DNA of 63,269 nucleotides, counting the filler, from Pelomyxa schiedti (lineage: Eukaryota; Protista; Evosea), in the NCBI GenBank assembly GCA_020536535.1. It is 7 parts of 7 records of this genome, joined end to end, with 100 filler letters (N's around TTAATTAATTAA, not from the genome) between each part and the next. Parts side by side here need not be neighbours in the genome. Positions count along the whole stretch, not along the records: positions 1 to 24,136 come from JAHLWZ010001055.1; 6 more parts are not named here. One strand, 5' to 3'. Shown here piece by piece: positions 1-10,776 of the stretch. A program made the position numbers and the translations under genes. Position 1 is the first letter of the stretch; each line of letters opens with the position of its first letter. The notes beneath the pieces were generated by a model. That model did not search any database. It saw only the letters and a list, made by a program, of their open reading frames with translations, and was not told the DNA's origin.

Positions 1-1410
1 ACTTTTGGATTTGTGTTCAGGGTATTGGCAGATCCCAATCGCTGAACAGGATAGAGAGAAGACAGCATTCAAGGTGAGAAGTGGTCTGTATGAGTTTAAT
101 GTCTTACCTTTTGGACTATCAGATGCACCCAGTACCTTTCAAAGGATAATGGACTTGACCATGGGTGGCCTTCTTTGGGAGGAATGTCTGGTCTATCCTG
201 GTATTTGGAAAGACACTGGAGTGTGTGATTCTGCGAACACACAGGCAAACTGTGTGCAAGGCACACTCGCAAGACTCGAGACTGGACACTCAGAGGCTGA
301 GCCATCACTTACCAAGTTCGGAAATCAAGTTCACAGAAAGATCATCAAGATACCCAAGACCTTTCCCTTGACTTTGGAATCCTTGATAAACGCACACCGA
401 GTCACCTCATTTCATGTGTTGGAGAGATTAAAGGCGGCACACCTTTGCATCAGACTCTCCAAGTGTCAATTTGCAAGACGCAAATTGCCTTCTGTACCTT
501 GGGTTTGAAATATCAGATGAAGGCATACGAATAAGTCCAGCACAACTGAGGGCAGTGAAACAATTTCCAATGCACAATGTGCGGGACGAACCACAGGTTG
601 AGGCATTTGATACTCTGAAGCACGCACTCATGGAGGCACCAATATTGGGGTACCCAGAGGGGAGTTTACCTTTCTGCATTGAATCAGATGCATCGGGCAT
701 TGGTCTGGGTGCAGTGTTATTCCAGCTAATAGGGAAAAGGAGGGTTACTATAGCCTACTGGAGCCAGGCACTAACAAAGGCAGAGAGGAACTATGATACC
801 AGAGAGCGGGAGTGTCTTGCAGCAGTGGAAGCCTTGAAGCACTGGTGGAGCTATATCCAAGGAGCTGTAGGCATCACGTTATACACAGATCACATTGCAC
901 TTAAGTACCTTCTGGAGGCAAAAAACCTATCTGGAAGGTTGGCTCGATGGAGTCTTACACTATTACAGTACAATCCACTTATCCAACACAAACCTGGGAA
1001 GCTCGTGGTGGTGCCACACACACTGTCTCATTATCCAACATCGACTTGCCTGCTAATCAAGAATGAGCCGATGCACAGTAATATGCTAAGAGCACAATCT
1101 CTGGATGTGCAGTCTCAGTGCTCGTGCTCGCAGAGAGTTTGCTTGTGTATTCTACTGAATCACGCACTGGATTCACAGCTTGAGAGAGGCCTCAACTATG
1201 TTAGAGTCACACTGGAAAAAGAAAGGTTACAACAGCAGCAGGACAGAAAGTATTGAGGGAAAGCTCAATTGATGTTGGACAAGCTGTTTGGGTGTATGCA
1301 TCACAATCACTAAGGAAGTAGACAAAGAAGCACGCAAATTTGTTGCTAAGTGGCATGGGCCTTTTAGGGTTATTGAGAAGATAGATGAGAACTTGTACCA
1401 ATTAGAAAAC
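1..1410 (+). mobile_element. pol: Degenerate Ty3/gypsy LTR-retrotransposon pol fragment (RT, RNase H, C-terminal SH3-like integrase tail)
   Basis: RT motifs DLCSGYWQI and GLYEFNVLPFGLSDAPSTFQRIMD. RNase H motifs APILGYP, SDASGIGLGAVL, AERNYDTRERECLA and TDH. Tail KEARKFVAKWHGPFRVIEKIDENLYQL readable at ~1325-1410. YLDD deleted, frameshifts, integrase core missing. Confidence 0.93.
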
Positions 1411-1442
1411 GAGAGAGGATTCCCACTAACACTATTTACCGG

Positions 1443-1575
1443 AAACTGAGGATACCGACTTGGGTTTAAAGTTCCGACTTGGGTTAAAAATTCCGACGCG
1501 GTTTTTTTTTTCCGACTCGGGTTGTAGTTTTGTGACTCGGGTTTTTGTTTTGTGTCTCGGTTTTTAAGGGGCTAC
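1443..1575. repeat. Array of ~6 imperfect 18-19-bp units (tccgactYgggtt...), possibly a subterminal repeat block of a DNA transposon end
   Basis: Repeats of ccgacttgggtt / ccgactcgggtt / tgactcgggtt are visible. On the minus strand the block is preceded by TAGAGTAGCCCC. Confidence 0.6.
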
Positions 1576-1701
1576 TCTAATAATAAATAACTTTGAAGTA
1601 TTATGAGTTCACCCGTTAATGAAGGTCAGGAGGACGAGAACCTCTTGAGGGGGGATTCTGCACATCCATCCAGAAAAAGAAAGTGATTACATTCTGAGCA
1701 T

Positions 1702-2721
1702 TCATTCTGTGCTCCAACGGAGGAGAACTTGGAAATGGCCATCGGGCCCCTTCGCAGTGATTGTGAAAAGAGTTGACCTCATCCAGTTGAGTGTCACTTT
1801 CATTGCGAACGTAAATCCATCTGACACGGTTCCTGACCAGAAACGTGCTTTCTTAGACCCATCCTTGCAGCTGTTGAACAGTTCAGCTGTCCAGGAGCAG
1901 CCTGGTGGTGCAATAACACTCACAGTCCCTTTATATTTCACTGTGAGCCATGGCAGTACATGTGGTTCCAAGTATGTTGCTTGGCCTTCCCCATGGGACA
2001 CCCAAACGTCCAAGTGAATGTCACAAACCTCTGTTTATATTTGGAGAGAAGGCAAAATGTCAGCTGAGTTGTTCCCACATAATCTTGGAGTAACACACGG
2101 TTTGATGTCCCTCGAGCTGTTACAAGCATATTCGCCCCAACATCCTCTGCGCAAAGTGCCCAGGCATCGGCTGACAGGCGGCTCCTCAATTCTGTTGTTT
2201 GTTTGGTTATAACAGGTTCACTGAACCACACACTACAGACCATCCACCCAGAATTTCAAGAACTTTTGTTGAATCTCTTCAATGCCACGCTCTCCCAGTA
2301 AACTCATTATCCTTTCGTCATGTGGAGTTTCCGCTTCCAGTGTGGCCTGTTGTTGAAAAATGAGGGGTCACAACTCACCCAAAGAGAAGTAAGTGCTACA
2401 CACATCTGTCACAGGAGTGCCTGACGCCAATGAGGTGGGATTTAGTGGTACTGAACGCGAAGAAGTAGTGGATGCCATGGTTGTTTGTTTGCTGTGCTTT
2501 TTTTTTCAAACAAAAAGCATTTTATAGGCAAACAATTTTCATTCGTAGAATGCAAAACCAACACTTCCTCTCTTGCTTTTGGGGAATGCCAAAGTCCAGC
2601 TAATATTAGGGCTGTTTTGTACTTTTGGGTCCCCAACACAACCCCAAGTTTCGCTGAAGTAACACAGAACTTTTCGGTTTGGGTCTGGCGAAGTGGGACT
2701 CAGTGGGCTCATCAGTACCAT
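1702..2721 (-). CDS. Spliced gene of unknown function, paralogous to the C-terminal part of the gene at 8286-9442
   Basis: VSHGEGQATYLEPHVLP...VTLNWMRSTLFTITAKGPDGHFQVLLRWSTE aligns by eye with VHDGKGIASFKDLHVLP...ITLNWLRQTDFTIKLRGLDGPVNVKLHWTT. PDPNRKV aligns with PEPNRAV. Start position uncertain. Confidence 0.6.
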
Positions 2722-2864
2722 TTTTTGAAAATCATGCCCTTTTTGCTGCGGTTGCCTTAGCTTTCTCAGCTTTTTCCTATGTCCTTGGAAACCTTCATTC
2801 ATGTTGTCCAGTCTTGGGAGATTCAGTGTGCAGTATTAAGGGAAGAAAGGCAAACTTGATGTTT

Positions 2865-4170
2865 TCACCCACGTGGTACTTCTCCTCAATGTGCAGTTTG
2901 CGGCTGGAGTCCCATGTCTACTTCCCATCGCTCTTCCATCTCTCTCCCACCACAGCCTCAACTTCAGGCTTTGTTTTTGCTTGGCTTCCCTCGGTGTCTG
3001 GCTTTGTGCTTGTGTGTCGGGTGTTATTTGTTGGTGGGGCCTCCTTCACGAGGTCCCTGCTGTTTCTTTGCCCCTTCTCCCCCCCTCCTAGGATTGGGGC
3101 TGTGTTCCCGCGGTGCTTGCAGAGTTGCCCAAGGTTTACAAGCTTGTGTGACACTTCCCCTTCCAAGGATTCCAATCTCGCAGCTCCATTTACTGGGATG
3201 TCTGTGATGCAGTATGGTCCCTTCCACTTATCTGCCAGTTTCCCTAGTTCCCGGTCCTTGTTTCCCCATTCTGAAGCACATACACAAGGTCACCCACTTG
3301 GTACTTCTCCTCCAGTTCCTCAATGTGCAGTTTGCGGCTGGAGTGCCATGTCTGCTTCGTCAACTCTGCTGTCCGTTGGGCCAATTTCCAAGCCTCGCAC
3401 ACCCTCCTTGTCAGTTTTTCCGCATGCCCGTGGGCCTCTCCAGCCCCGCCGTGGTCGAGCAACGCACCTGGCGTCCTGGCGTCCCGTCCATGTTCCAAGT
3501 AGAAGGGGGAGAACCCCGTCGTTCGACTGATCGCCGTTCGGTGTGCAAACGCCAGCATCGGTAGTAGGTCATCCCAATGTCCTTGTCATCATTTGCGTAG
3601 ATGCGGAGCATCTCCACGAGTATGCGGTTGTACCGCTCGGTCTTACCATCGGCCTGAGGGTGGTAAGGCGTTGTCATCCTCTGCTCGATCCCGAGCATTT
3701 TGCATTGCCCTGTCATGATCTTGCTGGTGAAGTGGGTGCCTCGATTGCTAATCATCACCCTCGGTATTCCTTTCCGGCACACCCAGCTGCGCACCAGAGC
3801 CCTAACAGCGCACTCTGCATCTGGGTGCCTGGTGGCCTTGAGCTCAACATCCCCAGTGAGGTGGTCGATCATTACGAGAATGTAAGAGTTCCCTCGCCTG
3901 GTGGCCCTAAGGGGCCCATAAAGCCCAGACTCATGGTGTCCCTGGGTTGGTTGGTGACTGGTAGTGGATATCCTAGTGCCGAGTCCTTCCTTGCAGGCGC
4001 TTTCACTGTTGTGGTTGTCAACATGATTTGTTGGCGTAGTTCTTTGGGCACCACCACAGCCTTCGTTGCCCTAGTCTTCAAGGGATCTGCCTGCATCCTG
4101 TGTAAGACGTCACTCTCAGTGACGAAATCGTGGCGATTGGGCCCGGTCCTCAGCCTCCAGAAGGAGCTGG
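2865..4170 (-). mobile_element. pol: Degenerate Ty3/gypsy integrase fragment with truncated chromodomain start, same family as 58780-60550
   Basis: VVPKELRQQIM, MIDHLTGDVEL, ISNRGTHF, TPYHPQADGKTERYN, TAISRTTGFSPF and EVEAVVGERWKSDG across several frameshifted minus ORFs. Confidence 0.92.
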
Positions 4171-4869
4171 TACAACAAGGGGAACCAATAGAAACAGGTG
4201 ATGTTGTACAGCTCGTGAGAGGAGTCATATTCTGCTCTGCTTGTGACCTGGGAGGCACACAAGCTGGGAGGAGCTTGTTGTGGGGGAAGTGGAAGACATG
4301 AAACGGGAGCTGATAGAGGGTGCATTCTGCACTGACTGAAGTTGACAACCACTGGGACTTGAAGGGCTTGCTAGGGAATCTGGAGATACCACTGGAGTCT
4401 CAACTTGTGGAGAAGACACCAGGGAAGAAGAAGGAGGCAACAATTGTGATGGAGGAGGAAGCAGTGCTTGCATTTGTGGATTCTGTTCCTGTGCAGCAAC
4501 CCACTCTCGAACCAACTGAGAAACATGTGCATAAAACGCATTCATGAACTCCCCACGGTTTGGGAGATTAACAGTCACTGTTGTGTAAGGCCCACCAAAC
4601 TGTTCTGAATAACCAGTTGTTTCCTTGTGTGGTGCCGAAAAAGATTCCTGACAGTTTTGCAAGACTCCTTGCCAGCAGAATGTACATCTTTTCTTTAGTT
4701 TTGATTTAAGTGAGGGCCTGGAAAGTCTTGAGGAAGGACAATGGCATTGACGGAACTTACCATTTTCTTCTCTGTCTTCACACCTTTTCTCTGCTTTCAT
4801 TCGTTCTGCTTCAATGCCCAACTTTCATCTCTGCTGCCTTCTCCCATACCTGCATAATAATAATTAGGA

Positions 4870-5080
4870 AGGGTAAGTCATTCAATCTACCTGAGTCCAT
4901 GGCACATGATTGTTTATAATGTTGTCACTGTCTTGCAGCAGTATATAAATTCATCCTTGGAATGAACTTAAATCAAAACTAAAGAGGCACAGGGAGAGCT
5001 ACCAAGACTTTTCAAAAAATAAGCAGCAACCCGGTTTGCTGAACAGTTTGCAGGCAAGGTGGGAACAACAGTCTCTCCAA
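4870..5080 (+). pseudogene. Possible decayed MULE-type transposase C-terminus (SWIM-like plus zinc-knuckle-like remnants)
   Basis: One frame with three stops reads HDCL*CCHCLAAVYK...RGTGRATK...VC*TVCRQGGNNS. Confidence 0.25.
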
Positions 5081-5698
5081 TAGGGACACTCAAAGCAACT
5101 TCGATGTCACAGTGTGAGTGGTTTTTTCTTCCATTTTCGATATAAGAGTTTCCTTAGAGATGTCCCACGAGACAGTCAAATGATCAAATGAGGTGAGTAA
5201 AAAATTACACACTTATTGTGGACCAAGTTGGCATATGCACCAAGCCGTCCATCATGCGTGGACTTAATGTGATCAACAGAAAGTGTTTTTTGCAGGATAA
5301 GAACAAATTACTTGAATGAGTTAGATGCAACAGTTTGTGCCTTTATAACATGTAGCTTTTCACTTTCTTCGGTGACGCGTTTTCTGCCACAATTTGTGCT
5401 GTACAGTGTTGTTTGCACTCGATTCACAGCCACAACATGCAAGTTTTGTCATTATTCGTTGTCGTGCTTCTGGGTCACCCTTTACTTGATTGGCCGCTGT
5501 CCGTCCCCATTAAGTTTTTTCAGGACACTGGGTTTCAGATCAGGCCTTTCATTGAATCCCAGCGAGTATCACGTATTACCTCCGAATGGGAACGAGAGTG
5601 TTTCCATTTTTCAAGGGGTGAGGTGTTGGGTGGAGAACACAAAGAGTGAGCACTGTCAATAAAAAGGGAAGATTTTATTTCAATTCCACGAAAACTAG

Positions 5699-8038
5699 TC
5701 ATGAGTTTTCGTGTAACAACACGTGTGGTCTGCTATAACTGATGACCTCCTGAAGAGTATGAATACCAATTACCGCGTTTGGGACTACCTGTGTATTGTA
5801 GGATACTTCAACCACAGTCGCCTTGTTCACACGTTTGGTGGTCCCACTGTTGAGATATATCTTCTGTGGCTGGAAGACCCTCGCCAGAGCACAATGGGTG
5901 TGACCTGTTGTGTTGTGTTTTTTATTTCGGAAGAAGTAAAAACCTCATACCAAGAACGACACAGGCTGTGTGAGGACCTTTCAACAGCTCTGCTGCATAC
6001 CTAAATTTCTCCTTTTAGTGAATGTTATAGAGAAAAGGGTCACACTGATCAGCTGACTCTGATAAGAGCAGTGGTGAGAGCTTAGGTATTACACTGAGGA
6101 GTGTGTCGAAGTTTGTATGTTTATCTCTGTCCTCTTCGAGCAAAGTTTCATATTCGGTGGTACGGATTCCATCAAGCCGAAGTTTTGGCAAAAGTGCGCC
6201 CATCTGTCAAACTCAGTGAGTAACGATGTGAGGACTGGGAGACAAACAAAATCTGAATAGCGTTCTACGACATTACCCTGAGGGTGTACACATTAGAGTG
6301 GCTGAAGAATGAAGATACATACAAAAGATTCTTCAATTGGTTCCTGGTTCGGTCTGGGTATCTTAAGGCGTAATTCCATGTCCAAGGGTTTTTTGTTGTT
6401 GGCCACGAACATCACAAGCCCAAGGAGCGCACTCCAGGCACAGCTGTCAAAGTTGAGGTTCAGGACCTTGCTGAATTGAGTGATAAACATAGGAGGACTA
6501 GGGATACACGAGCGGGTCTGTGACCCCCCAGAATTTCCTGAGCAAAGCCTGCCTCAAAGGAGTATGCTATTGTATTAGCAAGTTTCTCCCGTGGAGGCTT
6601 GCTTGTTCCTTCCTGGCGCACTGCAATATCGGCGGTTGTGCGTACTTTCGTTACAAAGAACCCAAAAGGGAAAACTCCAAAGGGCCCATCTGGAGTGACC
6701 TTCATATCGAAAATATCTTTGGCATGCCCATGCTCCACAATAACAGTACCGTTTGGGGACGTGTATTGTCCCTGTTATGTATGAGCTTTCTTTACAAAGG
6801 AAGACTACATCTTTGTATTCCACTCTTCCTGGACCAAAGAACTCGTCAATGTCTTCTCTGGTGACTGTCATGTCGTGATTCCCGGTAACATAGAAAAATT
6901 TCACTCCACGCACCTGAGAAGAAAAAAAGGATTAAGAGCAAATCTATTCGTTGAATCGTACAGCGAGCGTTTCTACAGTGTCTTTAAACAGTGCCGAGGC
7001 AGCCTTCAAATTAAATACTTCAAGATGTTCAGCCAAGTATTCCAAATATGTCTTTGTTTCTGCACTAATGCGCTCCTGGGTGCTCCAAACCCTGGGGTCA
7101 AATTCCTGTATATCGGACAAGGAACTGAAGAGAATATCCATTGGCTGCAAGACACGTTAATCAAGGTCACAAACCGCCCAAGCTGACCTGTGCCCACAAG
7201 TCGAAGATATCGCCAGCCATTACAACTTGCAGTTGAGAAGGAAGTGAGGCTGGGGGGGTCCCTCCTGTCTTACGGTTGAACCAAGAGAAGAGCCCCTGTC
7301 TAAGAACCTCAATAGTACGCACTGGGCTTTGAATTCCCATCTTGGCTGGGGCAAATGGCGGAAAGCAACCAAGGTGTAGATCACTGAAGACCAGCATGTG
7401 TGTTACTGCCTGATGACTGTGTGATACTCCCACAGTGTTAATCTCTGAACAAGTTGTTGCTGGAGTGCTCAGAATTTGGTTTGGAGGAGTTCCAATAGAT
7501 GGAGGTATATCCATCACTGCCTGAAGGAACTTGGCATACAATTCAGAACGCGGCTTCCATGTGGTAGTTTCCAGATTGGCGGTATACAGTGCCCCAAGAG
7601 GGTGCTTCCCTTTGAGATTACTGCTTTTAAGTACCAGATCAGAATCAGTGTGGGGTTTGAGGGGTTCGCCACCAGTGGAACGCCCAACTGGGTACACGAG
7701 GTTCTGTGAGGTGATGAACTCGATGTAGTCCAGGACCTTTCCTTGGCGCCGATTGACCTGTGGAGAAGGATGAGAATGAAAAGGTGAGAATTTTTCATGT
7801 TGTTACCTCAGTAATGAAGTCAAAAGTGTCCAGCTTGAATGATTTTTCTGGACGGTCTACAGGAGAACCAGCTGATGCCACCACAATGGGGCCTTGCTTC
7901 AGCTGTTTGGTGAAGATTATTGTTGTGTTGAATTGGAAAAAACAACTTCACCTGCAAAAAGCCTACGAAGTCGCCTTCCAGGGCGTAAACCACTTCGGTC
8001 ACTGGTGAGTCCCACATGGCTGCTTGGTAGGTGGACAT
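5699..8038 (-). CDS. Multi-exon gene: N-terminal jacalin-like lectin domain fused to a calcineurin-like (LpxH-like) metallophosphoesterase
   Basis: Exons 8038-7952, 7902-7807 and 7757-7188 have GT-AG sites. Jacalin-like FITE|VNRRQGKVLDYIEFITSQNLVYPVGRSTGG. All five phosphoesterase motifs occur in order: FSDLHLG, GDIFD, GNHD, EHGH, GHTH (5894-5905), followed by YLNSGT. Confidence 0.85.
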
Positions 8039-8064
8039 TTACTTTTCTGGTCAGAAGCACAAGA

Positions 8065-8247
8065 CTTTTTCAATCTTAAGAAGGCCCTTCCCAGAAATTC
8101 TTACGTGGCTGATGTTTTGGGGCGGAAAACACTCCACGACCCGTTTCTCCCTTCACGGAATGGAATGGTCCTAGGTGGAGTGTTTTCCGCCCCAAAACAT
8201 CAGCCACGTAAGAATTTCTGGGAAGGGCCTTCTTAAGATTGAAAAAG
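8065..8247. repeat. Foldback palindrome with perfect 73-bp arms (8065-8137 and 8175-8247) and a 37-nt spacer
   Basis: ctttttcaatcttaagaagg...aaaacactccac is the exact reverse complement of gtggagtgtttt...ccttcttaagattgaaaaag. Confidence 0.97.
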
Positions 8248-8285
8248 CCGCCTGTGACAAAAGACAACAAACTGCCCTGTCCGTC

Positions 8286-9442
8286 ATGACGGAGCCAAAC
8301 CGACGATGTTGGGTGTCGGGGATAACTGAAGTGGCGTATGCTCTGGAAGGTGGACGTGTTGCTTTTCTGCAGGTCGCTTGTCTCCTATTACAAAACTAAG
8401 TCGAAAAACCAGTTGAAACAAGGAGACACAGTTGTTTCCGCTGCTGGATCACTGAAAGGTCCAGAAGAGCGCAGTCTCAAGATAAAGGAAATTGTTCCTC
8501 CAGTTTACATTCATAGCGTACGGAAAAGGTTTTCATTTTAAAACTCTAACCTTTTTGGACAGGTTTCAGGCCGTGCACACACTGTGCTCGATAGCATAGT
8601 ATTCCATCTAAGCTCTGGAGAGCCCATCACAGTTGGGGACTCGACTGGTGGAGACGAATTCAATCATCATCCAGAACCGAATAGAGCCGTCTTCAATATC
8701 AATCTGAAAACTGTTTTCTGGGACACTTACGGCAAGAGGCCATTTGTCAAGCTCTCTCGAAGCAAACCAATCATATGGGGTGCTTGTGGTGAGGTTAAAC
8801 CTCAGTCTAGAAGCTGTGTTTCGGTGTGTTGCCACAGCATGTAGAGTGTTTTATTTAATATTAGCCAGGACTCTCTAGCAGATATGAGTATGAGTGTGCC
8901 ACCAGATACAGGGATGGCTGTAATCAGTGGGTCCCGTGGTGATAGAGATATACAGAAGAGGTTGCTGGAAATCTGGGTGGAAGGTACTTTTTTTTTTGCT
9001 TGTACCTAGAGTCTGAACAAACAAAGAGATGAAGAACCGGCTTACAGATCATATGTGTTTTGCAGAGGAAATAGGGTTGAACTGTCTGATTTCTCTGTCA
9101 AACCCTGCTTCGACGGCACCACTGATCCAAGGCAGTAAAGATCTCGGCATAACTGTTCATGATGGAAAAGGAATAGCCTCATTCAAGGATCTACACGTTC
9201 TGCCGATCCAACCGATATTACGCCTCACTGCTACTGTAACTGGCCCTCAAGCAAAACGATGTACAGTAACCATCCATCGGGATGATGGCGCGCGTTTTCG
9301 ACCTTCTTTGGTGGGTGATGTTGGCGAAGGCTCCCTATTCCTAGCCCTGATAACACTCAATTGGCTGCGGCAAACCGATTTCACCATCAAATTACGTGGG
9401 CTTGACGGACCTGTCAACGTGAAGCTACATTGGACCACGTGA
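8286..9442 (+). CDS. Multi-exon gene: N-terminal jacalin-like domain plus uncharacterised C-terminal domain
   Basis: Exons 8286-8372, 8413-8517 and 8563 onward. YIHS|VSGRAHTVLDSIVFHLSSGEPITVGDSTGGDEF matches the jacalin pattern. Intron positions match those of the gene at 5699-8038. Confidence 0.75.
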
Positions 9443-10049
9443 ATTCGCTCATGCTCCTTAATAATAATCTTCAAAAATTAATTCGTTAGCGTCTCGTTAT
9501 TTTACCCAACATAGTACTGAAAGAAGAAAGTGAAACAGGGAACAGTAAATTGACTTGATATTGGGCGCTACCGGACAATTTCACACACATAAGTCCGAGT
9601 GATGGGTCGTGTTTGTGTGTGGATGTTTAAGAGCCGTAGGATCTGGACTCTGAGTCATCACTTACCAAGTTCGGAAATCAAGCTGATGATACTCGCGCCG
9701 ACATGCTCTACGTCATCTTGACACTGTTTCTCTTCGTTCATCGACGAATCGACATCATCGGCGATTATCTTCGCATCGGCACATTGCCATCGCACAACAC
9801 TGCTTCTCTTGGCGTGCTACGTTCGAGTACTTCAACATCCACACGGTGACATCGCATTCTGTTGCTTCGACGCAACGACGTTCTCATGGCTGTACACTCG
9901 CGTTATTACCGCTCTTTCAGCAACATCGTTTTCCTGTTGTTTTCTTGCTCAGTCTGTTCACACCAACGGGAGATCTCAAGCGTTCTCTGTGACACTCTAT
10001 GCCGATTTTTCCCTTCTAAGGCATAATAAAACCTGAAACCACATTATTT

Positions 10050-10776
10050 TATTTTATTATGGCGTTCTTGCATAGTGGTTTTGGAGGTATCCTGGCAAAA
10101 GGAGAGTGGATCTGGAGAGGCTCTAGTGAGCACACGTACGAAATCATCTCGTTGGGAACGTGATGAGTCTATGGGATCCAGAAGGACCCTGTTTGCTTCT
10201 TCCTCGCGTTCCTGTGCCAGCAGGTCGTTGAGAATGAAGTCAAGGAGTTATGTTGCTTTTTCAGCAATCCCGGGGTCCTTGTAGCAGGACCCGCAGGCCT
10301 CTGTCATTAGGTTGAAATTCCCAACGATGTTCCTGAGTGTGCTGGTTTTGGACGTTGGTGATGAAAACCAGGAGGTTATTGATCCAATTCGGTGACTTGA
10401 AGAGCCCCACAACAAGCCTAATTAGTTCCCCAACACCATGGGCTGCAAGAATGGAATTGTAGTTGATGAGGAGAACCGGAACGGCTGCGCTGCACGCTCA
10501 TGGAGGCCAACCATGTTGGCGACGTCGACGAGGGGACCTGCACTGTCATCAAACCCAGGAGAGTCCACGACAAAGAGCGAGCTGTTTGGTATTGCAATCG
10601 ATGACGTGTTCCTCGTCTGTGATAGCTTCCTGTGACCGACCGTCAGCCTCTCGTCCTGTTCCTGCTCAACAACGTCGAGCACGGTAGTGGAGGTAGTTCT
10701 GCCGTTTACTGTGGTGACATGTTCCTTCCGAACGATCTTGTGTCCAGCAAGAAAGTGTGCAGTGAGAGTCTTCCCT
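10050..10776 (-). pseudogene. P-loop GTPase-like pseudogene lacking its N-terminus
   Basis: GKTLTAHFLAG (end of G1), GHRKLSQT (G2-like), VVDSPGFDDS (G3), then AVPVLLINY and LLVFITN after a frameshift. Two frameshifts and one in-frame stop. Confidence 0.7.

Noticed and set aside
340-365. Minus-strand GYLDD inside the RT insertion as an inverted copy of the lost catalytic motif
   Set aside because: Flanking sequence does not match RT; probably coincidence.
1443-1575. CRISPR-like array
   Set aside because: Units are short, degenerate and lack unique spacers; the context is eukaryotic with no cas genes.
4225-4821. Gag remnant upstream of the minus-strand integrase
   Set aside because: No CCHC knuckle or other recognisable gag motif.
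8065-8247. Kolobok/piggyBac element bounded by the TTAA at 8076 and 8233
   Set aside because: The inverted repeat extends 11 bp beyond both TTAA sites, so they are part of the arms rather than a TSD.
8024-8270. Two ORFs (8024-8236 + and 8076-8270 -) with the same peptide FFNLKKALPRNSYVADVLGRKTLH
   Set aside because: By-product of the DNA palindrome; no independent coding evidence.
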